Assembly: GCA_013911975.1 (NCBI GenBank)
Contig: JACESF010000018.1
Location: 453 to 64,452 of the forward strand
Length of the DNA: 64,000 bases
Source: Hyphomicrobiales bacterium
GTDB taxonomy: Bacteria > Pseudomonadota > Alphaproteobacteria > Rhizobiales > Xanthobacteraceae
Reading direction: 5' to 3'
The notes beneath the pieces are model-generated. The model worked only from the letters and a program-made list of their open reading frames with translations. It did not search any database and had not been told where the DNA came from. The translations under genes were made by a program, and so were the position numbers. The first letter of the stretch is position 1. Each line of letters starts with the position of its first letter. This document shows positions 46,124 to 56,565 of the stretch, one piece after another.

Positions 46124-47080
46124 ATGATCACGAAACGCCAATTCCTCGCCGGCTCGCTCGGCGCCGCCGCCCTCGCTGTCTCCGCCCGGGGCGCCTTCGC
46201 CCAGGAGGCGCCGAAGGAGTTCCGCGTGGGCTTTCAGAAGTCCAGCGGCATCCTCGCCACCGCCCGCCAGCAGCAGGCGCTGGAAAAGCGCCTGAAGCCG
46301 CTGGGCGTGGAAAACGTCAAGTGGATCGAGTTCCAGTTCGGCCCGCCGCTCCTGGAGGCGCTCGGCTCCGGCTCGGTGGACATCGGCACGGTGGGCGACA
46401 CGCCGCCCATCTTCGCCCAGGCGGCGGGGGCGAACCTGCTCTATGTGGCGAGCGCCCCGGCCACCCAGAACGCCACCCTGGTCCAGAAGGACTCCCCCAT
46501 CAAGACGGTGGCGGACCTGAAGGGCAAGAAGGTGGCCTTCGCGAAGGGCTCCAGCTCTCACAATTTCATCGTCCAGGCGCTGAAGAAGAACGGGCTCAGC
46601 TACACCGACATCGAGCCGGTCTTCCTGGCCCCGGCGGATGCCGCCGCCGCCTTCGCCTCCAACCGCGTGGACGCCTGGACGGTGTGGGATCCCTATTACG
46701 CCCTGGCCCAGAAGCGCCATGACGCCCGCGCCCTCGTGACCACGGCGGACGGCCTGCCGAGCCATTCCTTCTACCTCGCCAACAAGGGTCTGGTGGAGCG
46801 TTCGCCCGCCACCGTCCAGGCGGCCCTGGACGCGCTGCGCGAGGTGACGGCGTGGGCCGCCCAGCATCGCGACGAGGTGGCGAAGCTGGTCTCCGAGCTG
46901 ACCGGGGTGGAGTACGAGGCGCAGAAGATCGCCACGGACCGCTACCCCATCGAGTTCAACCCGGTGACGGAAGCGGCCATCCGCCAGCAGCAGCAGATCG
47001 CCGACACCTTCCTGGAGCTGAACCTGATTCCCCGGAGAATCACGGTCGCTGACATCGTCTGGTCCCAGGCCCGCGCCTGA
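46124..47080 (+). CDS. ssuA: Aliphatic sulfonate ABC transporter substrate-binding protein
   Basis: Signal/Tat-like [55 protein letters not shown] and DAWTVWDPY. Confidence 0.85.
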   Translation: MITKRQFLAGSLGAAALAVSARGAFAQEAPKEFRVGFQKSSGILATARQQQALEKRLKPLGVENVKWIEFQFGPPLLEALGSGSVDIGTVGDTPPIFAQAAGANLLYVASAPATQNATLVQKDSPIKTVADLKGKKVAFAKGSSSHNFIVQALKKNGLSYTDIEPVFLAPADAAAAFASNRVDAWTVWDPYYALAQKRHDARALVTTADGLPSHSFYLANKGLVERSPATVQAALDALREVTAWAAQHRDEVAKLVSELTGVEYEAQKIATDRYPIEFNPVTEAAIRQQQQIADTFLELNLIPRRITVADIVWSQARA

Positions 47081-47108
47081 ATTCTCCCCTGTTCGAGGAA
47101 CGATCCCC

Positions 47109-48065
47109 ATGATCCGCCTGTCCCGCATCGCCGCCGCGCTGGCGGTGGCCTTCACCGCTTTCGGCTTCACCTCCGCCGGGGCGCAGGAGGCGCCGCCCAA
47201 GGAATTCCGCATCGGCTTCCAGAAGGCGGGCCTGCCCGTCATCACCCGCCAGCAGAAGCTCATCGAGACCGCCCTCGCCCCGCAGGGCGTGAGCGTGAAG
47301 TGGGTGGAGTTCGCCGCCGGCCCGCCTTTGCTGGAGGCGCTGAATGCCGGGGCCGTGGACGTGGGCTGGACGGGTGACGCCCCGCCCATCTTCGCCCAGG
47401 CGGCGGGGGCCAATCTCGTCTATGTGGCCGCGCTCCCCTCCAACGGGGCGGGCGAGGGCATCCTCGTGCCGGCGGATTCGCCCATCAAGAGCGTGGCGGA
47501 CCTGAAGGGCAAGAAGGTGGGCGTCACCAAGGGCTCCAGCGCCCACAATCTCCTGGTGGCGTCGCTGGAGCGGGCGGGCGTGCCCTTCTCCGACATCACG
47601 CCGGTCTATCTGAGCCCGGCGGATGCGGCGGCGGCCTTCGCCTCCGGCAAGATCGACGCCTGGTCCATCTGGGACCCCTTCTTCGCCATCGCCGAACTGC
47701 GCCACCAGCCGCGCGTGCTCACCACCACCAAAGACGAATTGAACGTCAACACCTACTTCCTCGCCAACAAGACCTTCGCCAACGCCCATCCCTCCACCGT
47801 GGTGAAGGCGGAAGAGGCGCTGAAGCAGAGCGCGGCCTGGGCCAATGCCAACAAGCCCGAGGTGGCCAAGGTGCTGGCCGAGGTGACGGGCGTGGACATC
47901 GCCGCCCAGACCCGCGCCGCCGACCGCCAGGTGTTCGGCATCTTCCCGCTCACCGACGCCGTCATCGCCGGCCAGCAGCAGACCGCCGACCGCTTCGCCA
48001 AGCTCGGCCTCATCCCCCGCGCCATCGTCGTGAAGGACGCGGTCTGGGTCCGTCCCCAGAGCTGA
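47109..48065 (+). CDS. ssuA: Second sulfonate-binding protein paralogue
   Basis: Same length (318 aa) and the same motif set ([38 protein letters not shown]). Clearly diverged from the first copy. Confidence 0.85.
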   Translation: MIRLSRIAAALAVAFTAFGFTSAGAQEAPPKEFRIGFQKAGLPVITRQQKLIETALAPQGVSVKWVEFAAGPPLLEALNAGAVDVGWTGDAPPIFAQAAGANLVYVAALPSNGAGEGILVPADSPIKSVADLKGKKVGVTKGSSAHNLLVASLERAGVPFSDITPVYLSPADAAAAFASGKIDAWSIWDPFFAIAELRHQPRVLTTTKDELNVNTYFLANKTFANAHPSTVVKAEEALKQSAAWANANKPEVAKVLAEVTGVDIAAQTRAADRQVFGIFPLTDAVIAGQQQTADRFAKLGLIPRAIVVKDAVWVRPQS

Positions 48066-48094
48066 GCCCGCCCCCCTTTCCAAGGCACGTTTCC

Positions 48095-49246
48095 ATGACC
48101 CTCGATCCCCTCAATTTCTTCTGGTTCATCCCCACCCACGGCGACGGCTCCTATCTCGGTTCCGAGACCCGCCAGCGCCCGCCGGAATTCGGCTATTTCA
48201 AGCAGGTGGCCCAGGCGGTGGACCGGCTCGGCTTCCAGGGCGTGCTGCTGCCCACGGGCCAGAGCTGCGAGGATAGCTGGATCACCGCCACCGGCCTTGC
48301 GGCGGTGACGGAGCGGCTGAAATTCCTGGTGGCGCTGCGTCCGGGCGTCACCACGCCCGCCTTCGCCGCGCGCCAGACGGCGGCCCTCGACCGGCTGAGC
48401 AACGGGCGCCTGCTGCTCAACGTGGTGGTGGGCGGCAACCCCACCGAACTGGCGGGCGACGGCGTGTTCATCGGACATGACGAGCGCTATGCCCAGGCCG
48501 CCGAATTCCTGGAGATCTGGGAGCGGCTCGTCACCGGCGAGACCGTCACCTTCGACGGGAAATACTACCGCATCGAGAGCGGCCGCCTGGACTTCACGCC
48601 CGTACAGCAGCCCCGGCCCCCGCTCTATTTCGGCGGTTCCTCCGAGGCGGGCCAGCATCTCGCCGTGGACCAGACCGACCTCTACCTCACCTGGGGCGAG
48701 CCGCCGGAAGGGGTCGCGGAGAAGATCGCCCAGGTGCGCCGCAAGGCCGCCGCGCGGGGCCGCTCCATCCGCTTCGGCATCCGCCTGCACTTCATCGTGC
48801 GCGAGACCGAGGAGGAAGCCTGGGCGGCCGCGGACAAGCTCATTAGCCGCATTTCCGACGACCAGATCGCCCGCGCCCAGGAGCGCTTCGTGAAGGAGAT
48901 GGATTCGGTGGGCCAGCGCCGCATGGCGGCGCTTCATGGCGGGCGCCGCGACAAGCTGCTGGTCTCGCCCAACCTGTGGGCGGGTGTGGGCCTCGTGCGC
49001 TCCGGCGCGGGAACGGCCCTGGTGGGCACGCCCGAGCAGGTGGCCGCGCGCCTCGCCGAATACCAGGCGCTGGGCGTCGATACGGTGATCGGCTCGGGCT
49101 ATCCGCACCTGGAGGAAGCCTATCGCGTGGCCGAGCTGCTGTTCCCCGCCTTGGGGCTCGGCCTCGATGCCGGGTTCAACCGCAACGTGGCCAACGAATT
49201 CTCCGTGGGCGCCCATGGCGGCTCCCGGCTGAAGGCGGCGTCATGA
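48095..49246 (+). CDS. ssuD: FMNH2-dependent alkanesulfonate monooxygenase
   Basis: [33 protein letters not shown] and YFGGSS match SsuD. Confidence 0.9.
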   Translation: MTLDPLNFFWFIPTHGDGSYLGSETRQRPPEFGYFKQVAQAVDRLGFQGVLLPTGQSCEDSWITATGLAAVTERLKFLVALRPGVTTPAFAARQTAALDRLSNGRLLLNVVVGGNPTELAGDGVFIGHDERYAQAAEFLEIWERLVTGETVTFDGKYYRIESGRLDFTPVQQPRPPLYFGGSSEAGQHLAVDQTDLYLTWGEPPEGVAEKIAQVRRKAAARGRSIRFGIRLHFIVRETEEEAWAAADKLISRISDDQIARAQERFVKEMDSVGQRRMAALHGGRRDKLLVSPNLWAGVGLVRSGAGTALVGTPEQVAARLAEYQALGVDTVIGSGYPHLEEAYRVAELLFPALGLGLDAGFNRNVANEFSVGAHGGSRLKAAS

Positions 49247-50019
49247 CCGCCCTCGCCCGCTTCGCGCGGCAGAATGTCGGCTGGGCCCTGCCCATCCTGC
49301 TGCTGGCGGGATGGGAGGTGGCCGCGCGCCTCGGCGAGATCCCCAAGAACATCCTGCCCGCCCCGTCGGACGTCGCCGCCGCGCTCTGGAAGCTCACCGT
49401 CTCGGGCGAGATCTTCCGGCATATCGGCGTCTCCTCCTGGCGGGCCCTCACGGGCTTTGCCATCGGCGGGTCCATCGGCTTCGTGCTGGGGCTCGCCAAC
49501 GGCCTCTCGGAGGCGAGCCGCGCGGTCTCCGATACCACGCTCCAGATGGTGCGCAACATTCCGCACCTCGCCCTCATCCCGCTGGTCATCCTGTGGTTCG
49601 GCATCGATGAGGAAGCCAAGCTCTTCCTGGTGGCGCTGGGCGTGTTCTTCCCCATCTACATCAACACGCTGCACGGCATCCGCACGGTGGACCCGCACCT
49701 CATCGAGATGGGACGGATCTACGGCATGTCGCGCCTCGCGCTGTTCGTGAAGGTGATCCTGCCCGGCGCCCTGCCCTCCATCTTCGTGGGCCTGCGCTAC
49801 GCGCTCGGCATCATGTGGCTGACGCTGATCGTGGCGGAAACCATCTCGGCCTCGTCGGGCCTCGGCTACATGGCCATGCAGGCGCGCGAGTTCCTGCTCA
49901 TCGAGGTGGTGGTCCTGTCCATCCTCATCTACGCGCTCCTCGGCAAGCTGGCGGACAGCGCCGCCCGCCTGCTGGAGCGCGTGTTCCTCAAATGGCACCC
50001 CGCCTTCCAGACCCAGTGA
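49243..50019 (+). CDS. ssuC: Sulfonate ABC transporter permease
   Basis: ATGA overlap with ssuD. EAA-loop-containing 6-TM permease ([19 protein letters not shown]). Confidence 0.88.
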   Translation: MTALARFARQNVGWALPILLLAGWEVAARLGEIPKNILPAPSDVAAALWKLTVSGEIFRHIGVSSWRALTGFAIGGSIGFVLGLANGLSEASRAVSDTTLQMVRNIPHLALIPLVILWFGIDEEAKLFLVALGVFFPIYINTLHGIRTVDPHLIEMGRIYGMSRLALFVKVILPGALPSIFVGLRYALGIMWLTLIVAETISASSGLGYMAMQAREFLLIEVVVLSILIYALLGKLADSAARLLERVFLKWHPAFQTQ

Positions 50020-50028
50020 GGTGAGCCC

Positions 50029-50877
50029 ATGACCATCGCCCTTCGCGACGCGCCATCCGCCTTCAGCCCCAATGTCCGGTTCGAGGGCGCGCCCTTCAAT
50101 GCGGCGGGCCTCCGCGAGGCGGCGCCCGTCGTCGGACGGGAGGGCGGCGCGGCCTTCTCCCTCAAGGGCGTGCGCAAGGACTTCGGCCGGAAGACCGTGC
50201 TGCACGGGCTCGACCTGCGGGTGAAGGCGGGCGAGTTCGTGGCGGTCATCGGCAAGAGCGGATGCGGCAAGAGCACCCTGCTGCGGCTTCTCACCGGGCT
50301 GGAGGCGCCCAGCGCCGGCGAGATCACCTTCGAGGCGGGCGGCACCAGGGACGCGGCGCGGCTGACGCGCGTGATGTTCCAGGAACCGCGCCTGCTGCCC
50401 TGGGCGCGGGTGGCGGCCAATGTGGAGGTGGGCCTGTCCCATCTGCGCTCCAAGGCCGAGCGGCGGCAGACCGCTTTGTCCCTTCTGGCGGATGTGGGTC
50501 TGGCGGACCGGGCGGGGGAATGGCCTTCCGTCCTCTCCGGCGGCCAGCGCCAGCGGGTGGCGCTGGCGCGCGCGCTGGCCAGCCGTCCGCGCATCCTCGC
50601 CCTGGACGAGCCCCTGGGCGCGCTGGATGCGCTGACCCGCATCGAGATGCAGCAATTGCTGGAGCGCATCTGGCTCCAGCAGGGCTTCACGGCGGTTCTC
50701 GTCACCCATGACGTGGCGGAGGCGGTGGCCCTGGCCGACCGGGTGGTTCTGGTGGAGGAAGGTCGCATCGCCCTCGACCTGGACATCCCGCTGCCCCGTC
50801 CCCGTCGGCGCGGCTCGCCCGAACTGGCGCGGCTGGAAGGCACGATCCTGGAGACGCTCCTGGGCAATGCCGCCTGA
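50029..50877 (+). CDS. ssuB: Sulfonate ABC transporter ATP-binding protein
   Basis: [26 protein letters not shown] and [12 protein letters not shown]. About 45-aa N-terminal extension before the ATPase core. Confidence 0.88.
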   Translation: MTIALRDAPSAFSPNVRFEGAPFNAAGLREAAPVVGREGGAAFSLKGVRKDFGRKTVLHGLDLRVKAGEFVAVIGKSGCGKSTLLRLLTGLEAPSAGEITFEAGGTRDAARLTRVMFQEPRLLPWARVAANVEVGLSHLRSKAERRQTALSLLADVGLADRAGEWPSVLSGGQRQRVALARALASRPRILALDEPLGALDALTRIEMQQLLERIWLQQGFTAVLVTHDVAEAVALADRVVLVEEGRIALDLDIPLPRPRRRGSPELARLEGTILETLLGNAA

Positions 50878-51018
50878 GACGCGGGCGGCGTGAGCCTTCC
50901 GCGCGGGGTTTCGCCCCTGCCGGGCGGCGCCCGTGCGGGCTTCAAACGGGCGGCGGATTGGGCTAATCGGCCCTGGCGGCGGGCCTTCCGCCGCGCCTTC
51001 CCGCAGGGGCGCCGCGCC

Positions 51019-51915
51019 ATGACCCTGAGCTTCACCGGCCTTTCCGCCTTCCCGCCGACCCCGGCCGATGCCGAAGGCATTGTCAACGTGGACGCCCTCG
51101 CCCTGCTGGTGGACCGGCTCGCCGGGACCGGGCCGACCTCCATCGGCCTCCTGGGCAGCACCGGCATCTATGCCTATCTCGACCGCGCCGAGCGCAAGCG
51201 GGCCGTGGCGGCGGCGGTGGAGGCGGCCGCCGGGCGGGTTCCGGTGATGGTCGGCATCGGCGCGCTGCGGACCTCCTGGGCCCGCGACCTCGCGCGGGAT
51301 GCCGAAGCCGCCGGGGCGGCGGGCCTTCTCCTGGCGCCCGTGTCCTACACGCCGCTCACCCAGGACGAGGCGGAACAGCATTACCGCGCGGTGTCCGGCG
51401 CCACGGCGCTGCCGCTCTGCATCTACAACAATCCCGGAACCACCGGCTTCCGCTTCACCCCGGACCTGATCGGGCGGCTCGCCGCCCTGCCCCGGGTGGC
51501 CGCCATCAAGATGCCGCTTCCGGCGGACGGGGATTGCGCCGGCGAGTTGCGCACGCTGCGCGGCCTCGTGCCGGACCACTTCGCCATCGGCTATAGCGGC
51601 GACTGGGGCGCGGCGCCCGCGCTGCTGGCGGGCGCCGCGGCCTGGTATTCGGTGGTGGCGGGCCTGCTGCCCGGCCCGGCCCTGCGGCTGACCCGCGCGG
51701 CCCTCGCGGGGCAGGCGGAGGAGGCGGCGGCCCTCGATGCCGCCTTCGCGCCGCTCTGGGCGCTGTTCCGCGCCCATGGCAGCCTGCGCGTCATGTATCT
51801 GGTGGCGGACCGGCTGGGCCTTCCGGTGGGCGATCCGCCGCTGCCGCTGCGGCGGCCGGGGGCGGACGTGACGCGGGAGGTGGAGGCGGCGCTGGACCGG
51901 CTCTCGGCTCTCTGA
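51019..51915 (+). CDS. Dihydrodipicolinate synthase/N-acetylneuraminate lyase (DapA) family protein
   Basis: ATG at 51019. GLLGSTGIYAYLDRAERKR, VMVGIG, YNNPGTTG and the putative Schiff-base Lys context AAIKMP. Confidence 0.75.
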   Translation: MTLSFTGLSAFPPTPADAEGIVNVDALALLVDRLAGTGPTSIGLLGSTGIYAYLDRAERKRAVAAAVEAAAGRVPVMVGIGALRTSWARDLARDAEAAGAAGLLLAPVSYTPLTQDEAEQHYRAVSGATALPLCIYNNPGTTGFRFTPDLIGRLAALPRVAAIKMPLPADGDCAGELRTLRGLVPDHFAIGYSGDWGAAPALLAGAAAWYSVVAGLLPGPALRLTRAALAGQAEEAAALDAAFAPLWALFRAHGSLRVMYLVADRLGLPVGDPPLPLRRPGADVTREVEAALDRLSAL

Positions 51916-51922
51916 GGCCCTC

Positions 51923-52546
51923 TCAGGCGGGCAGAAGCCGCGCCGCGAGCGAGGCCGCCAGCGCCAGCATGACGACGCCCACCAGCGCGTCCAGCACACG
52001 CCACGCGGCGGGGCGGGTGAAGACCGGCTGCAGCAGCCGGGCGCCGTAGCCCAGGGCGGCGAACCAGGTGAAGCTGGCGGTGGCGGCGCCCGCCACGAAG
52101 GCGGGGCGCAGCGCGTCGGGCTGGGCGGAGCCCGCGGCCCCCATCAGGAGCACCGTGTCCAGGTAGACATGGGGATTGAGCAGGGTGAAGCCGGCGGTGG
52201 CCGCGAGCGCGCGGGCCAGCGTCACACCGCCCTGGCCCTCGATCACCATGGCCTCGCCCGAAGCGAGCCGGCGCAGCGCCGTGACGCCGTGCCAGCCGAG
52301 AAAGGCCGCGCCCCCGGCCGCGAGCAGCGCGGTGAGCTGCGGGACGGCCGCGAGGACGGTGCCCGCGCCCCACACGCCCGCCAGGATCAGGAGTGCGTCG
52401 GCCAGCCCGCAGAACAGCACGATGGGCCCCACATGCTCGCGCCGCAGCCCTTGGCGCAGCACGAACAGGTTCTGGGCGCCGATGGCCATGATGAGTGCCG
52501 CCGAGAGCAGGAAGCCGGTGGCGAAGGACAGGAGGAGGTCGGTCAT
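51923..52546 (-). CDS. argO: LysE/ArgO-family basic amino acid exporter
   Basis: 207 aa, 6 TM. AIGAQNLFVLRQG..REH and NPHVYLDTVLL.G are hallmarks. Divergent from the argP-like gene. Confidence 0.8.
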   Translation of the reverse strand: MTDLLLSFATGFLLSAALIMAIGAQNLFVLRQGLRREHVGPIVLFCGLADALLILAGVWGAGTVLAAVPQLTALLAAGGAAFLGWHGVTALRRLASGEAMVIEGQGGVTLARALAATAGFTLLNPHVYLDTVLLMGAAGSAQPDALRPAFVAGAATASFTWFAALGYGARLLQPVFTRPAAWRVLDALVGVVMLALAASLAARLLPA

Positions 52547-52582
52547 GCCTCCGTCCTGCGCGCCGCTATCGATAAAGGAAAA

Positions 52583-52617
52583 CTTGTTCTTCTAAACAAG
52601 ATGAAGCTAAGCTTCAT
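52583..52617. promoter_or_regulatory. Two adjacent palindromes in the argO/argP intergenic region
   Basis: cttgtt-cttcta-aacaag (52583-52600) and atgaagct-a-agcttcat (52601-52617), ending 2 nt before the argP-like ATG. Confidence 0.4.
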
Positions 52618-52619
52618 TC

Positions 52620-53507
52620 ATGCTCGACTATGCGTCCCTGTCCGCCGTCGCCGCCGTGGTGCGGGAAGGCACGTTCGAGCGGGCCGCGTCCGCGCTCGGC
52701 ATCACGCCGTCCGCCGTCTCCCAGCGGGTGCGCGGGCTGGAGGAACGGCTGGGCGCCATCCTCATCGTGCGCGGGGCGCCCTGTACGCCCACGGAACTGG
52801 GGCGCACGCTCTGTGCCCATCTCGACCGGGTTCGGTTGCTGGAGCATGACCTCGCCCCCGTCCTCGGCCCCGCCGCCGGGGCGGCCCCCCACCTGACCCT
52901 GCGCGTGGCGGTGAATGCCGACAGCCTCGCCACCTGGTTCCCCGGCGCGGCGGCCGCCTTCGCGCGGGCGGGAGGGGCCTGCCTCGATCTGGCGCTGGAC
53001 GACGAGGCCCACACCGCCGAGCGCCTGCGCACCGGGGAGGTGCTGGCGGCCGTCAGCGCCGATCGAGATCCCGTGCAGGGATGCCGGACCCTTCCCCTGG
53101 GATCGCTGCGCTATGCCGCCTGCGCGAGCCCGGATTTCCACGCGCGCCATTTCGCCGGGGGCGTCGATGCACTGGCCCTCGGCCGCGCGCCGCACCTGCG
53201 CTTCGACCGCCGCGACCAACTCCAGGCGCGCTGGGCGCGGGAGGCGCACGACGTGGCGCTCGCAGGCCCCGTCCATTGGGTGCCCTCGGCCCAGGGCTTT
53301 CTCGACATGGCGCTGGCGGGGGTTGGCTGGGGCCTCCAACCTCTGGCCCTGGCGGCGCCGCTTCTGGCGGCCGGGCGCCTCGTGGAATTGGCGCCGGGGC
53401 ACCGTGTGGACGTGGCGCTGTACTGGACCTTCGCCCGCCTGCACGCGACGCCCCTGCGCCGCCTGAGGGAGGCGGTGCGCGCCGCCGCGCGGGCGGCGCT
53501 GGCGTGA
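52620..53507 (+). CDS. argP: LysR-family regulator, ArgP/IciA/LysG-like
   Basis: MLDYASLSAVAAVVREGTFERAASALGITPSAVSQRVRGLEERLG parallels the E. coli ArgP N-terminus. The gene pairs with argO. Confidence 0.75.
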   Translation: MLDYASLSAVAAVVREGTFERAASALGITPSAVSQRVRGLEERLGAILIVRGAPCTPTELGRTLCAHLDRVRLLEHDLAPVLGPAAGAAPHLTLRVAVNADSLATWFPGAAAAFARAGGACLDLALDDEAHTAERLRTGEVLAAVSADRDPVQGCRTLPLGSLRYAACASPDFHARHFAGGVDALALGRAPHLRFDRRDQLQARWAREAHDVALAGPVHWVPSAQGFLDMALAGVGWGLQPLALAAPLLAAGRLVELAPGHRVDVALYWTFARLHATPLRRLREAVRAAARAALA

Positions 53508-53511
53508 TCGC

Positions 53512-54492
53512 CTACCGGGCGCCCGCCGCCTCCGCCGCGCCGAACTTCTCCCGGTAGTCCTGCGGGCTCACGCCGAGCCGCCGCCGGAAGGCCCGGCGCA
53601 TGCGCTCCTCGTCCACGAAGCCGCAGCGCGTGGCGATTTCCTTGATGCTCTGCCGGGTTTCCTCCAGCGCGCGGCGCGCCGCGTCCACCCGCAATTCCTC
53701 CACCACCTTGGCCGGGGTGCGGCCGGTGCGGGCGGCATAGAGGCGCGCGAAGGTGCGCGGGCTCATGGAGGCCCGCTCCGCCAGGGTTTCCACCCGCAGG
53801 TCGTCGGCGAGATGGTCGCCGATCCAGCGGTGCAGCGCCTCGAAGTCGCCGTCGTCCGCCTCCTGAAGGGCGAGGGGCACGCTGAACTGGGTCTGGCCCC
53901 CGGCGCGCTTAAGGAAGACCACGAGGCGCTTCGCCACGCGGATCGCCTCCGCATGGCCGCGATCGTCCTCGATGAGGGCCAGCGCCAGGTCGATCCCGGC
54001 CGTGACGCCCGCCGACGTCCAGACCGGGCCGTCCCGCTCATAGATCGCGTCCGGCGAGACGGTGAGGCCGGGATACCGGTCCTGGAGCAGCTTGCAGGAG
54101 CCCCAATGGGTCACGACCCGCCGCCCTTCCAGCAGGCCCGCGGCGGCGAGCACGAAGGTGCCGGTGCAAACCGAGCATATCCGGCGGGCGCGTGTCGCGC
54201 AGGCGGACAGCCAGTCCAGCAGCCCCCGCTCGGCCGCCGCCTCGTGGACGCCGGGGCCGCCGACCACCACCAAGGTGTCCACCTCGTCGAGGGCACCGAG
54301 CGGCTGGGTCATCAACTCCAGGCCGGACGAAGTGCGCACCAGCCCTCCGGTGACCGAGGCGACCGTGAGCCGGTACGGCGGAGGCTCCCGGCCCGCCGTC
54401 TCGCAGGACAGCTCGAAGGCCGCAAGCGGGCCCGAGAGGTCGAGCAGCAGCGCCTTGGGAAACACCACGAAGACCACGTGACGCTGAGGCAC
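53512..54492 (-). CDS. GlxA-type AraC regulator (N-terminal DJ-1/PfpI-like domain + AraC HTH)
   Basis: GTG at 54492, 6 nt after GGAGGGAG. VVFVVFPKALLLDLSGP, ICSVCTGTFVLAAAGLL, TSAGVTAGIDLALALIE and C-terminal ...IATRCGFVDEERMRRAFRR. The track ORF extends a further 128 codons upstream, which I reject. Confidence 0.85.
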   Translation of the reverse strand: MPQRHVVFVVFPKALLLDLSGPLAAFELSCETAGREPPPYRLTVASVTGGLVRTSSGLELMTQPLGALDEVDTLVVVGGPGVHEAAAERGLLDWLSACATRARRICSVCTGTFVLAAAGLLEGRRVVTHWGSCKLLQDRYPGLTVSPDAIYERDGPVWTSAGVTAGIDLALALIEDDRGHAEAIRVAKRLVVFLKRAGGQTQFSVPLALQEADDGDFEALHRWIGDHLADDLRVETLAERASMSPRTFARLYAARTGRTPAKVVEELRVDAARRALEETRQSIKEIATRCGFVDEERMRRAFRRRLGVSPQDYREKFGAAEAAGAR

Positions 54493-54601
54493 GCGACACT
54501 CCCTCCGGCAGTCGGGGATGTGGCAGGAAAGGAGGGTAGAATGTCGTTTCCGCCTGCTCGTGTCATGCACAAAATCGCCTTCAGAAAAGACGGAGGCGTC
54601 C

Positions 54602-55309
54602 TTGAGCAAAGCAAATTTGGAAATCGGTCTGCTGTTCTTCCCGGGGATGACGCAGCTCGATGTAACCGGGCCTTTTGAAGTCCTGGCGCGTCTTCCTGGC
54701 GTGCGGATGCATCTGCTTTGGAAGCGGATCGAACCCATCACGAGCGATGTCGGCCTCACCCTGATGCCGACCACCACTTTCGCGGACTGCCCGGACCTCG
54801 ACGTCATCTGCGTCGGCGGCGGGCCGGGCCAGATGGCGCTCATGGATGACCAGGAGGTGCTGGACTTCGTGGCCAAGGCGGGCGCGCGGGCGCGCTACGT
54901 GACCTCGGTCTGCGCGGGCTGCTTCATCCTGGCGGGCGCGGGCCTCTTGGACGGCTACCGCTCCGCCTGCCACTGGCTGTCCCGCGACCAGCTCTCCGTC
55001 CTCGGGGCGATCCCGGTGGCCGAGCGGATCGTGGTGGACCGCAACCGCATCTCCGGCGGCGGCGTGACGGCGGGCATCGACTTCGCCTTCCAGCTCGCGG
55101 CAGAACTGTGCGGCGATGACGTGGCCCAGCGCCTCCAGCTCATGCTGGAATACGATCCCAAGCCGCCCTTCGACATTTCCGAGACGACCGCTCCGCCCGA
55201 AATGCTGGCGCAGATCCGGGCCGCTGCGCGTCCGCTGCTGGAGGAGCGCCTGCGCTCCAGCCAGCGCGCGGTCGCGCGGCTGCGCGGCGGCCAAGCGGGA
55301 GCCGCGTGA
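54602..55309 (+). CDS. DJ-1/PfpI-family enzyme, isocyanide (isonitrile) hydratase-like
   Basis: TTG start at 54602, 5 nt after GGAGG. It aligns with the paralogue N-terminus (SKANLEIGLLFFPGMTQLDVTGP vs PKPLKFGFLVFPRITQLDMTGP). TTTFADCPDLDVICVGGG, VTSVCAGCFILAGAGLL, GGGVTAGIDFAF and LEYDPKPPF. Confidence 0.8.
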   Translation: MSKANLEIGLLFFPGMTQLDVTGPFEVLARLPGVRMHLLWKRIEPITSDVGLTLMPTTTFADCPDLDVICVGGGPGQMALMDDQEVLDFVAKAGARARYVTSVCAGCFILAGAGLLDGYRSACHWLSRDQLSVLGAIPVAERIVVDRNRISGGGVTAGIDFAFQLAAELCGDDVAQRLQLMLEYDPKPPFDISETTAPPEMLAQIRAAARPLLEERLRSSQRAVARLRGGQAGAA

Positions 55310-56373
55310 TGGCGCCGCGGATCTCGCGCACCGAGGCGGACGGCCAGAGCATCTATCGGTTCGAGGATCCCGCCAGCGCCCTTTCCGGCGCCGTCGTGGT
55401 GGATTCGCTGGCGCTCGGCCCGGCCACGGGCGGATGCCGCTTCTGGCACTACGAGGACGAGGCGAGCCTGCTCGCCGACGCCCGCCGCCTCGCGCGCGGC
55501 ATGAGCTACAAGAACGCCATGGCGGGGCTCCCGCTGGGCGGCGGCAAGTCCGTCATCCGCCGCCCCGCCGGGCCGTTCGACCGGGAGGCGCTGTTCAGCG
55601 CCTTCGGGCAGGTGCTGGACGCGCTGAAGGGCGAATATCTCGCCGCCGAGGACGTGGGCACCACCACCGCCGACATGGCGGTGGCGCGCGCGCAGACCCC
55701 CTTCGTCCTCGGGCTTCCGGCGCACGGCGAGAAGGCGGGAGGCGATCCCTCGCCCTGGACCGCGCTCGGCGTATTCCTCTGCATCGAGCATGTTCTGGCC
55801 CGCCGGGAAATCCCGCTCGCCGGAAGCCGCATTGCCGTTCAGGGACTGGGCAATGTGGGCCGCGACCTCTGCCGCCGCCTGCATGCGGCGGGCGCGCGCC
55901 TGGTGGTGGCCGATGTCCATGCGGACGCGGTCGCGCGGCTGCTTGCCGAGGTGCCGGCGGATGTGATGGCGCCGGACGCGATCCATCGCGCCGTGGCTGA
56001 TCTCTACGCGCCCTGCGCGCTCGGCGCGGGGCTGAACGCGCGGACCATTCCGGACATGGCGGCGCCGCTCGTGGCGGGGGCCGCGAACAACCAGCTTGAG
56101 ACGCCCGAGGACGGCGAGCGCCTGCAGGGCCGGGGCATCCTTTATGTGCCCGATTACGTGGCCAATGCGGGGGGCATCATCAATGTGGCGGCGGAGTATC
56201 TGGGGGATGACGCGCTGGCGGTCGGCGAGCGGGTCGGCCGGATTCCGGCGCGGCTTGCGGGCGTCCTGGACCGGGCCGAGGCGTCGGGGACGCCGCCCGT
56301 CCGGGTGGCCGACGCCATGGCGCGCGAGCTGATCGCCGCCGCGTCCCTCCCGTCCATGCGCAGCGCCGGATAG
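55306..56373 (+). CDS. Glu/Leu/Phe/Val-family NAD(P)-dependent amino acid dehydrogenase
   Basis: GTGATG overlaps the DJ-1 stop. GGCRFW, KNAMAGLPLGGGKSVI (catalytic Lys), the dinucleotide fold VQGLGNVGRDL, and GAANNQL. Confidence 0.85.
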   Translation: MMAPRISRTEADGQSIYRFEDPASALSGAVVVDSLALGPATGGCRFWHYEDEASLLADARRLARGMSYKNAMAGLPLGGGKSVIRRPAGPFDREALFSAFGQVLDALKGEYLAAEDVGTTTADMAVARAQTPFVLGLPAHGEKAGGDPSPWTALGVFLCIEHVLARREIPLAGSRIAVQGLGNVGRDLCRRLHAAGARLVVADVHADAVARLLAEVPADVMAPDAIHRAVADLYAPCALGAGLNARTIPDMAAPLVAGAANNQLETPEDGERLQGRGILYVPDYVANAGGIINVAAEYLGDDALAVGERVGRIPARLAGVLDRAEASGTPPVRVADAMARELIAAASLPSMRSAG

Positions 56374-56481
56374 CAGGCCGCGCGAACCGATCGCGCACCC
56401 TGCCGTCCATGGCAGGAAACGAGGGAAAACGGCCATTGTAGGCGATCGCCACGGAGCGCAAGCTTCGGTGGAAGACCAGAG

Positions 56482-56515
56482 GACGGCCCGCACTTTCATC
56501 GCGTCGCGGGCCGTC
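56482..56515 (+). terminator. GC-rich hairpin after the dehydrogenase gene (weak terminator/attenuator candidate)
   Basis: gacggcccgc (56482-91) / gcgggccgtc (56506-15) with a 14-nt loop. Followed by ttcc only, with no real T-run. Confidence 0.3.
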
Positions 56516-56565
56516 TTCCAAACCATCCAAGAAGCCGCAAAGCGGCTCGCAGGGGAACCACTTCA

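Noticed and set aside
49120-51999. 959-aa minus-strand ORF, the longest in the track
   Set aside because: It is antisense to ssuC, ssuB and the DapA-family gene, all of which have clear family motifs. Its translation is Arg/Gly/Ala/Pro/His-rich low-complexity sequence, as expected for antisense frames in 68% GC DNA.
53512-54876. 454-aa version of the GlxA-AraC gene in the track
   Set aside because: The N-terminal 128 codons run through the divergent DJ-1 gene and its promoter and have no homology pattern. GTG 54492 with GGAGGGAG gives the canonical GlxA N-terminus.
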